A DNA stretch of 64,000 bases from Thermodesulfovibrionales bacterium (GTDB taxonomy: Bacteria > Nitrospirota > Thermodesulfovibrionia > Thermodesulfovibrionales > SM23-35). The stretch is taken from contig OY970295.1 of assembly GCA_963716185.1 (NCBI GenBank), forward strand, positions 2,808,356-2,872,355. The letters run 5' to 3'. Shown piece by piece: positions 1 through 8,906 of the stretch. The translations under genes and the position numbers were made by a program. The notes below the pieces were generated by a model, which searched no databases, was not told the DNA's origin, and saw only the letters and a list, made by a program, of their open reading frames with translations. Every line of letters starts with the position of its first letter. Position 1 is the first letter of the stretch.

Positions 1-44
1 AAGGTCTCAGAATTGAATTTTATTACAAAAAATCTCTCCTTGCC

Positions 45-122
45 CCTCTTTGCTAAAGAGGAGAATGACACACCCTGACACCCCTCTTGATAGGGGGAAT
101 TCCTCCCTTTGGCAAAGGGAGG
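45..122. repeat. cluster of three short GC-rich hairpins (REP-like) just downstream of the 150..2402 gene
   Basis: Read directly: cctcttt-gct-aaagagg (45-61), cccct-cttgat-agggg (81-96), cctcccttt-ggc-aaagggagg (102-122). Confidence 0.6.
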
Positions 123-149
123 TTAGGAGGGATTTTACAAACAATGTCG

Positions 150-2402
150 TCAATAACTCCCCTCCTGTAAAACCTCTTCAAGGGCCTTCACGATCTGAGG
201 GTCATATGTGGAACCTGACCCCGCTTTAATTTCGGACAAAGCTTCCTCTTTTGTTAAATGCTTCTTATAATGCCTTTCTGAAAGCATTGCACAATAGGAA
301 TCGACTACCGACAGGACCCTCGATATAAAAGGTATGTCAGGTCCTTTCAATCCTTCGGGATAACCTGTGCCGTCATATTTTTCGTGGTGATGCAGGATCC
401 CCTTCTTGATGTCATCAGAAAACTCAAGGATATTTAACAGCGCGATTGTGGTATATGGATGGATTTTTAAATCCTGTAGTTCAGACGGCAAAAGCGCTTT
501 CTTCTTCAGAATATTCTCATCGATAAGCATAAGACCGAGGTCGTATATCATCGAGACATACAGGGCGTTCCTCTTGTCTTCCTCAGTCGCCTCCAGTCTG
601 TCCATGATCTTTGACACTAAATCGGGCGTGAACCTTTGTTTTTTGTCGTATCTTTTCACGGCATCTAAAAGATCGTCAAAAGAAGTAAGGATTTGATTCA
701 TGTCATTCTCTTTATATCCGCCCGAGTAAAGTCTTTCGAGAAAGTGTGAAATCCTTTCGCCGAAGACCGAGGCTATGTGAAAGTCCCTTTCATTAAATGT
801 TGTAGCGGTTTTCTTATTGTTCAGGTTTAACACGCCCACAACTTTGTCCCGTATCTTTAAAGGCAGGGAAAGAAGGGACCTCGTATTATATTGTGGGATG
901 CTCCTCTTCTTGAAATTCGGGTCCTTTTCGATGTCCTCTATCAAAAGCGGCTTGCCCTCCACTGCCACACAGCCCGAAATCTGGTCGCCGAAATTAATTC
1001 TTGTCCGTTTCACTATTTCGTCGCTCAAACCCCTTGACCCTTTTATTGTCAACTCGGATGTCAGGTCGTTGCAGAGCATTATGGAGCATATATTCAGATC
1101 CAGTAATTCCGAAATAAATTCCACAAACATGTCCATCGTTATATTGACAACGGTTTCCATTTTCTCTTTGGCGCCTACCGGAATAGTAAGAGAAATAAGG
1201 AAGGTATTATCGGTATTTCTTGCTTCGAAGATCCATCCATGCGCCTCGGCAACTTTCTTGGCAAGAGACAACCTTATCTTTTCCGTCGGCCAATCCGCAT
1301 AAAATACATATTTGGATTTATACAAGAATAACAAGACTTCATCCGGCAGCCTCCGGGAAATCGTGATACTGACTTTGATAAAATCATTTCTATCTGCGGC
1401 GATATTTATTGCATCGCCGCTCTGGAGGTAGTAGGACAATCCTTCCAGGAGATTAATGAATAACTGGACAACTTTTATCTTGTCTACCACGGTCTCGTAA
1501 TCACCCTGCTTAATATCCAGTGTAAATCGGAGGTTCTTTTTTGCTACCGCATTACTTATCCCCTTTGATCTTGACACTTCTTTCAGAATATCCGCCAGAT
1601 TTGCCAATGATTTCTTGACGACCATGACTTCGTTCTCAAGTCTCAGAAAATCGAGCAGGTTCTCGACAATAGTAATTAGTCCTGCGGTCTCCGTCGAAAT
1701 GATGTCATAAAACTCTTTTATTCTATTTTTGTTCAGGGTTTCCGACTGTTGCAGATAGTATGTGGCTCCTTTTATTGAATTGAGGGGAGAACGCAGTTCA
1801 TGGGAAATGCGGGTAATAAATTCCGTCTTGTCCATGTCGGTTTCTATAAGTTTCTTGTTTATTTCTTCAAGTTCGGAAGCTTTTGTCTTCAGCTGGTTCA
1901 TCAGAAAGGCATTTTCGATTGTTATGGCCGACTGATCGGCGATGATCTTCAAAAGATTAAACTCATCCTCTGTAAAAGGAGCGCCGTCTTTCTTGTCGTT
2001 GATATTGATAACACCGAGAACTTTATCTTTGCTTATAAGAGGACAGGAAATAAAAGATTTTGTTTTGTAATGGTCCCTTTTTGCACCTTTAAACCGTTGA
2101 TCCCTGTCGATGTCCTCAATAAGAACGGGAGAACGGTCCCGGGCAACTACACCTGCGATCCCCTCTCCCATTTTGATCTTGTAATTCTCGATGAATTGTA
2201 TATCGAAGCCTCTCGCGGCAATGATATACAATTCATTCTTTTCATTCAGCAGCATCACGGACCCCTTCTCTGCGTTTGCATAATTTATGGCACGGTCGAT
2301 CATGATATTTGCGAGGGCATTGACATTATTGGTCGCTGTAAAGACATTGGATATTTCCTGGAGGATCAGAAATTTTTTCTCAAATGACCGGGGGTCTTTC
2401 AT
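150..2402 (-). CDS. multidomain signalling protein: GAF - HisKA-like - GAF - HD-GYP (probable c-di-GMP phosphodiesterase)
   Basis: 750-aa ORF. Two GAF-like blocks (IAGVVARDRSPVLIEDI..., ISGCVAVEGKPLLIEDIEKD...), an H-box FITRISHELRSPLNSI, and the C-terminal HD-GYP signature HHHEKYDGTGYPEGL. Confidence 0.85.
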   Translation of the reverse strand: MKDPRSFEKKFLILQEISNVFTATNNVNALANIMIDRAINYANAEKGSVMLLNEKNELYIIAARGFDIQFIENYKIKMGEGIAGVVARDRSPVLIEDIDRDQRFKGAKRDHYKTKSFISCPLISKDKVLGVININDKKDGAPFTEDEFNLLKIIADQSAITIENAFLMNQLKTKASELEEINKKLIETDMDKTEFITRISHELRSPLNSIKGATYYLQQSETLNKNRIKEFYDIISTETAGLITIVENLLDFLRLENEVMVVKKSLANLADILKEVSRSKGISNAVAKKNLRFTLDIKQGDYETVVDKIKVVQLFINLLEGLSYYLQSGDAINIAADRNDFIKVSITISRRLPDEVLLFLYKSKYVFYADWPTEKIRLSLAKKVAEAHGWIFEARNTDNTFLISLTIPVGAKEKMETVVNITMDMFVEFISELLDLNICSIMLCNDLTSELTIKGSRGLSDEIVKRTRINFGDQISGCVAVEGKPLLIEDIEKDPNFKKRSIPQYNTRSLLSLPLKIRDKVVGVLNLNNKKTATTFNERDFHIASVFGERISHFLERLYSGGYKENDMNQILTSFDDLLDAVKRYDKKQRFTPDLVSKIMDRLEATEEDKRNALYVSMIYDLGLMLIDENILKKKALLPSELQDLKIHPYTTIALLNILEFSDDIKKGILHHHEKYDGTGYPEGLKGPDIPFISRVLSVVDSYCAMLSERHYKKHLTKEEALSEIKAGSGSTYDPQIVKALEEVLQEGSY

Positions 2403-2591
2403 TCTAAAAATCCTTTACGGGCCGTCGCCCAGATTTTTACAGATGTTTTCACCCTGTCTCAAAGGGCAAAAGAAGAAATATTGCTAATTATAACTATTTT
2501 GCCCAAAAATATGAACAGGATATTGATATTTCTCGATTATTAGTCCACTTACTAAGACGGTCATCAGTAAGGCAGCGTTCTTATTGCTCTT

Positions 2592-2660
2592 TGTCATTGC
2601 GGCTTGTCCGCAATCCTTCTGGATTTTTTTCAGAAAGATTCCCGACAAGCGGGAATGACA
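2592..2660. repeat. inverted pair of 24-nt hairpin units (REP-like) in the upstream region of the 150..2402 gene
   Basis: tgtcattgcggcttgtccgcaatc (2592-2615) versus the reverse complement of gattcccgacaagcgggaatgaca (2637-2660). 20/24 positions are identical, and the 4 differences are two compensatory base-pair swaps inside each unit's 7-bp stem. Confidence 0.6.
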
Positions 2661-2859
2661 TCAATGTAGCTTTTATTTATGGCCGATTTATCGGAACAGA
2701 ATTTACCTCGGAGGGCGATAGCCCGAGAATGAGCTCAAATACTGTATCTGCCGTGTTCGCCACTAATCTATGAATAATAAAGGTCAGACTTGAAGATACC
2801 AGGGGCCTCATGAATGGAGTAATGAAGAAGCTTATATCGGTATGTGACCGGGCCTCAAT

Positions 2860-3315
2860 TTAATCACATGCAAAAAATGTGACGTAGGCCCCCACCTTGG
2901 AAATACCTGCAAATTTTATATTCTTATTGACGAGATTAGCGTAATGTCCCTTTGAATTTATCCATGCCTTCAACTGGTCTTCAGGCGTCGGATAGTTCCA
3001 TCCGCAGTTTTCGACACAGTGCATATGCCCGCATTTTTCGAATCTATCGTTAAAATAGTCATGATTTAAAGAGTTTTCTCCATCCATATACTGACTGTGA
3101 CTTATTGCCAGTCTCTGCAAAGTTTTGTCGGCCGACAAAGTATTTAATCCTTTTGAGGCCCTGTATTGATTTATGCAGTGCAGGAGTTCCTTTTCGTAGG
3201 GGGACAAACGGCAGTCATGATCTGTTCCATAAATTACGCCGGCACTCAAAAATATTGTCACCGTCAGATAAAACAGGACCTGAAGAAATAAATAATATTT
3301 TGAATATCTGATCAT
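2860..3315 (-). CDS. secreted CAP/SCP (PR-1 / YkwD-like) domain protein
   Basis: 151 aa with an N-terminal hydrophobic segment. Motifs NQYRASKGLNTL, LQRLAISHSQYM and KGHYANL are typical of CAP-domain proteins. Confidence 0.65.
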   Translation of the reverse strand: MIRYSKYYLFLQVLFYLTVTIFLSAGVIYGTDHDCRLSPYEKELLHCINQYRASKGLNTLSADKTLQRLAISHSQYMDGENSLNHDYFNDRFEKCGHMHCVENCGWNYPTPEDQLKAWINSKGHYANLVNKNIKFAGISKVGAYVTFFACD

Positions 3316-3848
3316 TGTATCGCCCGATACTGATTCAGCGTCTCCGACCCCAACTTCTTTTTAATATGTTCTTCGACGATGAAGAGAGTATCCATCTCCG
3401 CCCCGGCAATTTCCTGCAGCCGGATCAATATATTATGCGGGATATTTTTTCGAAGTCTCCGACAGACATAATTGACGCAAATAATATGGCGTGCCCTGAG
3501 AGAACATCCTTCCTCCGTGAGGAAATAACACAAATCATGATAATATGGCCGCGCAGGCAGGGACCTGCGGAGAAGGAGATTAATCAGCAGCAGAACACCG
3601 TCACATTTATGCCCGGTATGTTTTCCGCAACAGGTTCCCTCGCCGTTGACCGCGCAGTCGGCGCATTCTTTCACTACCCCGGTTGAAATCATTCCCTTTT
3701 GTGTTGCCTCGATATTCTGATCGAGACGGGACAACAACGCTTTAAGCTTTTCATCTTCCAGCAGGGATTTTCCGAAGATTTTCTGAAGCAGAAGGGCCGA
3801 GGCTATTCGGTCGGCTACGGCATTACCGCTGCGCCCGATGGTATCCAT
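3312..3848 (-). CDS. cysteine-rich hypothetical protein (possible metal/Fe-S binding)
   Basis: 178-aa ORF with the clusters CADCAVNGEGTCCGKHTGHKC and CVNYVC. Stop overlaps the start of the 2860..3315 gene by 4 nt and its own start overlaps the stop of the 3815..4612 gene by 34 nt. Family not recognised with confidence. Confidence 0.45.
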   Translation of the reverse strand: MDTIGRSGNAVADRIASALLLQKIFGKSLLEDEKLKALLSRLDQNIEATQKGMISTGVVKECADCAVNGEGTCCGKHTGHKCDGVLLLINLLLRRSLPARPYYHDLCYFLTEEGCSLRARHIICVNYVCRRLRKNIPHNILIRLQEIAGAEMDTLFIVEEHIKKKLGSETLNQYRAIQ

Positions 3849-4612
3849 AAATAGTCTTCTATCCCGGTCTGCTGCCTCAGCCTATGATAGACAATATCCG
3901 CTATTTTAAAGAGGTTGACGGTATCTTCCTTATTATAGATTTTGAGCAATTCAAGCGCTTCGCTGCTTCCTCTCCGGCTGAATTCCCAGAGTTTAATTGC
4001 GTCATAGCCGTTCAGGTTTCTGACGGCAGAATCTCTTTTGATCCCGAGGTCGGTTTCAAGTTTCTTCAACCCCCCGTTAAATCCAATCCTTTTCGAACTG
4101 AAGCAGATGTCAAAATGGGGGATGTCGAACTTCAGCTCGGGCATTGACCTCATAAGGAACGGAACGTCAAAGCCGGCCCCAAAAAAAGTTATAAGGTATT
4201 TATATCTGGAGAATTCCTTTTTCAGGTGATCGCCGGTAAGGTTCTCATCCCTTAAAAAACATTTATAGTCAAAGCCGTCGTAAATTCCGACCACAGTCGC
4301 AAAGCCCCCGCGTCCGGGCATAAGGCCGTTTGTTTCTATGTCCAGGCAGGCCGCGTTGCCCTTGAATATATCGAAAAGCCTCCAGTGTTCTCTGCGTTTG
4401 ATTGTGCTCGCAAAGTATTTTGCATCGGCACTGTCAAGCGCTCTCGATGCGGAAGCCAGACATTCGTCGAACTGTCCTTTCTTGGGAGGGCTTATAAAGC
4501 CCATGTCGGAGGAACCGATGAAATCGTCCCATGTAAGTATGCCTGTTCTCCATAGCCTTTTTTCGAGCTTCTCGCCGATACCGTTTAAAATGCAGAAGGT
4601 ATTTCTGATCAT
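3815..4612 (-). CDS. RNase H-like (DEDD) exonuclease domain protein, YprB-type
   Basis: 265 aa. Motifs ACLDIETNGL, FFGAGFDVPFL and IYNKEDTVNL match the exonuclease I-III pattern. Confidence 0.6.
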   Translation of the reverse strand: MIRNTFCILNGIGEKLEKRLWRTGILTWDDFIGSSDMGFISPPKKGQFDECLASASRALDSADAKYFASTIKRREHWRLFDIFKGNAACLDIETNGLMPGRGGFATVVGIYDGFDYKCFLRDENLTGDHLKKEFSRYKYLITFFGAGFDVPFLMRSMPELKFDIPHFDICFSSKRIGFNGGLKKLETDLGIKRDSAVRNLNGYDAIKLWEFSRRGSSEALELLKIYNKEDTVNLFKIADIVYHRLRQQTGIEDYLWIPSGAAVMP

Positions 4613-4713
4613 GATATTCTAATTTACAAGTTCCATACAATTTTTTGCCATTTTTTAAGATACTCCTTACTTTTTTCAGACGCTTAGGGCTCGAACGCGG
4701 GACGCTGACCTAT

Positions 4714-5394
4714 CTATATTCTAGCTTCAGGAAGATTTATTTTGACGACCTGACCCTTTTCTCCGAGCTTGCCGATCTCTTTCCCGCTGAAGACCAATCG
4801 AACCCCGCCGGCATTACCGATTTTCAGAGAAAAACCTTGTTTTGCATGCCACGTAATCGACTCACCAGGTTTCATCAGTATCTCTTTGGAGTCAGTCTTG
4901 TCAATTATAACAAGAAGCCAGGTAGTGTCGGTAGCAAAGACTTCGAGAGCAAGCTCGGAATTTGCGGGCTTTACAAGGCTCTCTTTTTTTGTCGCCACGG
5001 TCGATACGGGCAAGGAGGCCGATTTTTTCTGACGAGCCGGGAATTGAGCCGACACTATGATTATTGCAGACACAACAAGCAGTGACACAATGAGCACATA
5101 TCTCAGCTTGAATCCTTTCCCCTGGACGACCTCCAGCTCGGAGATTGTATTTTTCTCCGGCTGAGGCGGTAATTTTTGCTGCACATAAGCATCTATCAGA
5201 ATCTTAGGATCCATGTGCAGGATCTTGGCATATTCCTGGATATAACCCTTTATATAAACTTCAGCGGGGATCTTTCCGAGGTCCTCGTCCTCGATCGCTT
5301 TCAGATAGTCATACCTTATTTTTAGGCCATTGGCGATTTCCCTGAGGTCCTGACCTAATTCTTCCCGCCTCTTTTTGAGTATCTCCCCTACCAT
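4714..5394 (-). CDS. rodZ: RodZ-like cytoskeleton protein (HTH + TM + C-terminal DUF4115-like domain)
   Basis: N-terminus GEILKKRREELGQDLREIANGLKIRYDYLKAIEDEDLGKIP, a central TM segment (YVLIVSLLVVSAIIIV), and a C-terminal beta-rich domain. Confidence 0.75.
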   Translation of the reverse strand: MVGEILKKRREELGQDLREIANGLKIRYDYLKAIEDEDLGKIPAEVYIKGYIQEYAKILHMDPKILIDAYVQQKLPPQPEKNTISELEVVQGKGFKLRYVLIVSLLVVSAIIIVSAQFPARQKKSASLPVSTVATKKESLVKPANSELALEVFATDTTWLLVIIDKTDSKEILMKPGESITWHAKQGFSLKIGNAGGVRLVFSGKEIGKLGEKGQVVKINLPEARI

Positions 5395-5502
5395 TGAACC
5401 CCCTCAAAAAAGGAGAAAATCTTTTTAATGATAACATATATGGCTTATGGAAGGGCAACAAATCAAAAGCAGGCAGAACAGCGCTATGCTATTATAGGCA
5501 AG

Positions 5503-6804
5503 ATGAACCGGGTTGTTGTAACAGGGATCGGTGTTCTTAGTCCTATCGGAAATTCGCTGCGTGCCGCCTGGGCCTCTGCAAAAGCAGGGATATCGGGTAT
5601 TATGCCGATAACAAGGTTTGATGCTTCCCGTATCAGGTGGCAATTCGCCGGACAGTTAAAGGGGTTCGATGCCGGGAAGTATCTGACCCGCAAGGAGATA
5701 ACCCGGCTCGATCCATTCGTGCATTATGCCGTTGCAGCCGCTGTAATGGCTGCGGAAGACGCGGGGCTGATAAAGCAGAATGCGGTATGCGGCATGCAGA
5801 ATGCAAATCCCCCTCTGCCTTATATTAGCAACCCGCTACTCGAAGAAGCCGGAGTCGTTATCGGGTCGAGCCGCGGCGGCGTTTGCACTTTAGAACAATC
5901 TTTGGTCGACGGGCATCGGTCTTACATAAAAGAGGACGGGGTATCTTGTGTTGGTCGCCGCATATCTGCATATCTTATGCCTTCGACTACGATAAGCATG
6001 GCTTCTTCTTATGTCGCGCAGAAACTCGGTATAAAGGGCTATTGCCTCGGGATATCCAATGCATGCGCTTCAGGCGCGAGTGCAATAGGGGAAGCATATA
6101 GATTGATCAAATCGGGTTATGAGAATCCTGTCCTCTGTGGAGGCGCCGAGGCCCCCATCTGCAGAATATGCATCGAAGGGTACGGCGCTTCCGGTGTCTT
6201 GTCCAGGATAGAAGATCCATCTGCAAGCAGGCCCTTTGACAGGACAAGGGACGGGTTTGTTCTTTCGGAAGGGGCGTGCATATTGGTTTTGGAAAATTAC
6301 ACGGGCGCTCTGAAAAGAGGAGCTGTGATCTACGGAGAGATCCTGGGTTACGGCAATACGACAGACGGGTTCCACCAGACTATGCCCTCCCCTGAAGGTG
6401 AGGCGAGGGCAATAAGGATTGCTATGGAGGAGGCGGGGCTGAAACCGGAGGAAATCCGTTTCATAAGCGCCCATGGCACCTCAACCCCCCTCGGAGATAA
6501 GACAGAGACCGAGGCGATAAAACTTTTTTTTGGAAGGAGCGCCTATCATATTCCTGTCGCTTCTCTTAAATCCTCGACAGGCCACATGCTCGCGGCATCG
6601 GGGGCGCTTGAAGCCGCGTTTACACTGATGAGCATGAACGAGGGGATAATACCTCCGACTATCAATCTGAAAGAGAGGGATCCCGAATGCGACCTCGATT
6701 ATGTAACTGAGCTTAGAAAATCCGGCATTAAGTTCGCTCTGTCCCAGTCATTTGGTTTCGGCGGATTGAACGCGGTCTTAATTTTCAAGAAGATGAAACC
6801 CTAA
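5503..6804 (+). CDS. fabF: beta-ketoacyl-ACP synthase II
   Basis: MNRVVVTGIGVLSPIG start. Active-site Cys in NACASGASAIG and His motifs AHGTSTPLGD and STGHMLAASG. The track ORF begins at 5428, but the conserved N-terminus starts at the ATG at 5503. Confidence 0.9.
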   Translation: MNRVVVTGIGVLSPIGNSLRAAWASAKAGISGIMPITRFDASRIRWQFAGQLKGFDAGKYLTRKEITRLDPFVHYAVAAAVMAAEDAGLIKQNAVCGMQNANPPLPYISNPLLEEAGVVIGSSRGGVCTLEQSLVDGHRSYIKEDGVSCVGRRISAYLMPSTTISMASSYVAQKLGIKGYCLGISNACASGASAIGEAYRLIKSGYENPVLCGGAEAPICRICIEGYGASGVLSRIEDPSASRPFDRTRDGFVLSEGACILVLENYTGALKRGAVIYGEILGYGNTTDGFHQTMPSPEGEARAIRIAMEEAGLKPEEIRFISAHGTSTPLGDKTETEAIKLFFGRSAYHIPVASLKSSTGHMLAASGALEAAFTLMSMNEGIIPPTINLKERDPECDLDYVTELRKSGIKFALSQSFGFGGLNAVLIFKKMKP

Positions 6805-6826
6805 CCTTCTCAGTACTACATCATTT

Positions 6827-7807
6827 TCATCCCTCATCCTTCAGAAGGAACTCCTTCATTGCTTCATCCTCCGGGCTGTCGGCCCGGTCCAGGTATCTGG
6901 GAGAGAAATGCATAACAACAAGATTTTTCACCCCGGCCCGCCTTGCGATTGTTCCGCTCATCTTAGCTGTGAGGTGGAATCTCTTTAATGCCCTGTCCAT
7001 ATCTTTATCCATAAAATACGCCTCGCAATATAACGTATCGGAATCACGGACGAATTCAATGACCTTTTTGACATTATCGTTGCTGATTGCCATGTCGGTC
7101 ACATAGGAGAGCTTCTGGCCTTTGGTAGTCATTGCGATATCACGAAGTTCTCCAAGCCTGTATCGCCTGTCCGAAATCACGAATTCTGTTTCTTCCGGCT
7201 TCTTTTCTCTGACAGCCTTTTTAAATTCCGAAAGCCATGGGCCTACCGGCAGACCTCTTTCTATCAGAGACGCCTTGTTGATATTAATATGAAATTCCTC
7301 CTCGGCTGTGAAAGCAAGACAGGGGGTTTGATGGTCAACCTGGAGGGCCCTTACAGTAAAGAAAGGTTCTTTTAACAGGATTCCCGTGAAGTCGGTCCTG
7401 TAATTCTCTGTCCTTGCAAAAGCGTTTTCGGCGTGGAAGTTCGACGAGATCAGCCGACCTTTATCTATGGAAAAAACTTCTATTTTCAAAGGGTATTCCT
7501 TTATAAAATTCCAGGTATAACCCCTGAGTTTGCCTTCCACGCAATCGGCTATATTAGAAGGGCCGTACACTCTTAAAGGAGTTTCTCTTCTTAAAAGGGA
7601 CCTTAGAAGCATATCGAATCCTATAAAGTGATCGATATGTGTATGAGTTACAAAGACGTCTGTCGTTTTCTGCAGGTCACCCGGGCCGAGCCTGGAAATA
7701 TTTCCTATATCGAAGAGAAAGGCCCTTTTTTCCCTTATAATCCTGACAAACAGTGAAGGATCTTCAAAAGGGCTGTTGACAAGGCTGTGAATGAATGTCG
7801 GTTTCAT
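6827..7807 (-). CDS. metallo-beta-lactamase fold hydrolase, RNase Z-like
   Basis: HxHxDH motif VTHTHIDHFIGFD. The conserved region starts at MKPTFIHS (ATG at 7807). The longer track ORF up to 8275 would overlap galT. Confidence 0.75.
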   Translation of the reverse strand: MKPTFIHSLVNSPFEDPSLFVRIIREKRAFLFDIGNISRLGPGDLQKTTDVFVTHTHIDHFIGFDMLLRSLLRRETPLRVYGPSNIADCVEGKLRGYTWNFIKEYPLKIEVFSIDKGRLISSNFHAENAFARTENYRTDFTGILLKEPFFTVRALQVDHQTPCLAFTAEEEFHININKASLIERGLPVGPWLSEFKKAVREKKPEETEFVISDRRYRLGELRDIAMTTKGQKLSYVTDMAISNDNVKKVIEFVRDSDTLYCEAYFMDKDMDRALKRFHLTAKMSGTIARRAGVKNLVVMHFSPRYLDRADSPEDEAMKEFLLKDEG

Positions 7808-7910
7808 TGTGATATAATAATACCAAATCGGGCAAAGTTCAAAAGGGCGTGGAATATAAGGCAAAAATTCATTAGTACTCAGCCCGCTTTTAGTAAAAGG
7901 TGGAGGAAAT

Positions 7911-8906
7911 ATGTCTGAATTGAGAAAGGATCCGATATCAGGGAGATGGGTCATCATCTCGGTCGAAAGGGGGAAAAGACCGACTGACTTTGTTTCTCCT
8001 TCCCAGAGGAAAAAGGGGGGCTTCTGCCCGTTCTGTCCGGGCAACGAATATACTACACCATCGGAGATAATAGCCTTCAGGCCGTCCAACACAAAGCCGA
8101 ATTCCCCGGGATGGACATTAAGAGTCATGCCGAATAAGTTTCCCGCCCTCCAGATATATGGAGATCTGAATAAATCGGGAGAGGGCATTTTTGACAAGAT
8201 GAGCGGGATCGGCGCCCATGAGGTCATTGTGGAGACGCCCGACCATATGCTGACCCTTGCAACAATGTCTCTCAAGGCGGTTGAGGATGCTCTTTGGGCC
8301 TATTATTCGAGGTTGACAGACCTGAGGAGAGACCGCAGGTTTAAATACGTGCTGATCTTCAAGAATGAAGGAGAAGCTGCGGGAGCCTCGCTTGAGCATT
8401 CTCATACACAGTTAATTGCGCTGCCCATCGTACCTAAACTCGTTAAGGAGGAGATGGATTCCGCCAAGCGTTATTACGATTTAAAGGAGAGGTGCATATT
8501 TTGCGATGTCATTAGCCAGGAACTGGAGTCCCGGAAAAGGGTGATATACGAAAACTCACAATATGTCGCCATTGCGCCCTTCGCCCCGAGCGCGCCCTTC
8601 GAGACGTGGATACTGCCCAAGAGGCACGATTCGGGGTTTAATCCTCCCGACAACAATTTTTTGTCCCTGGCGGAGATGCTCCAGGTCATCTTAAAGCAGA
8701 TAGACAAGATACTCGATATCCCGCCGTATAATTTTGTTCTTCATACTTCACCCTTTTCGGATGAAGTGAACGATTACTACCACTGGCATATCGAGCTTGT
8801 GCCGAAACTGACAAAGATAGCGGGCTTTGAATGGGGTTCCGGTTTCTATATCAATCCGACTCCTCCCGAAGAGTCCGCAAGATTTATGCGCGAAGCAAAG
8901 ATATGA
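7911..8906 (+). CDS. galT: galactose-1-phosphate uridylyltransferase-family (HIT class) nucleotidyltransferase/phosphorylase
   Basis: 331 aa. CPFCPGNE zinc knuckle, active-site SLEHSHTQLIA (HxHxQ) and PFETWILPKRH. Confidence 0.85.
   Translation: MSELRKDPISGRWVIISVERGKRPTDFVSPSQRKKGGFCPFCPGNEYTTPSEIIAFRPSNTKPNSPGWTLRVMPNKFPALQIYGDLNKSGEGIFDKMSGIGAHEVIVETPDHMLTLATMSLKAVEDALWAYYSRLTDLRRDRRFKYVLIFKNEGEAAGASLEHSHTQLIALPIVPKLVKEEMDSAKRYYDLKERCIFCDVISQELESRKRVIYENSQYVAIAPFAPSAPFETWILPKRHDSGFNPPDNNFLSLAEMLQVILKQIDKILDIPPYNFVLHTSPFSDEVNDYYHWHIELVPKLTKIAGFEWGSGFYINPTPPEESARFMREAKI

Noticed and set aside
5428-5502. Upstream extensions of fabF (5428) and, likewise, glgA (8831), scpB (16884), the SEC-C gene (32782), xfp (42285) and the DUF1269 gene (50944)
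   Set aside because: In each case the conserved family N-terminus begins at an internal ATG, and the extension overlaps a neighbouring gene or lacks a ribosome-binding context.
7808-8275. N-terminal 156 codons of the 482-aa track ORF 6827..8275 (minus strand)
   Set aside because: This extension overlaps galT on the opposite strand and has no MBL homology. The conserved protein starts at MKPTFIHS (ATG at 7807).
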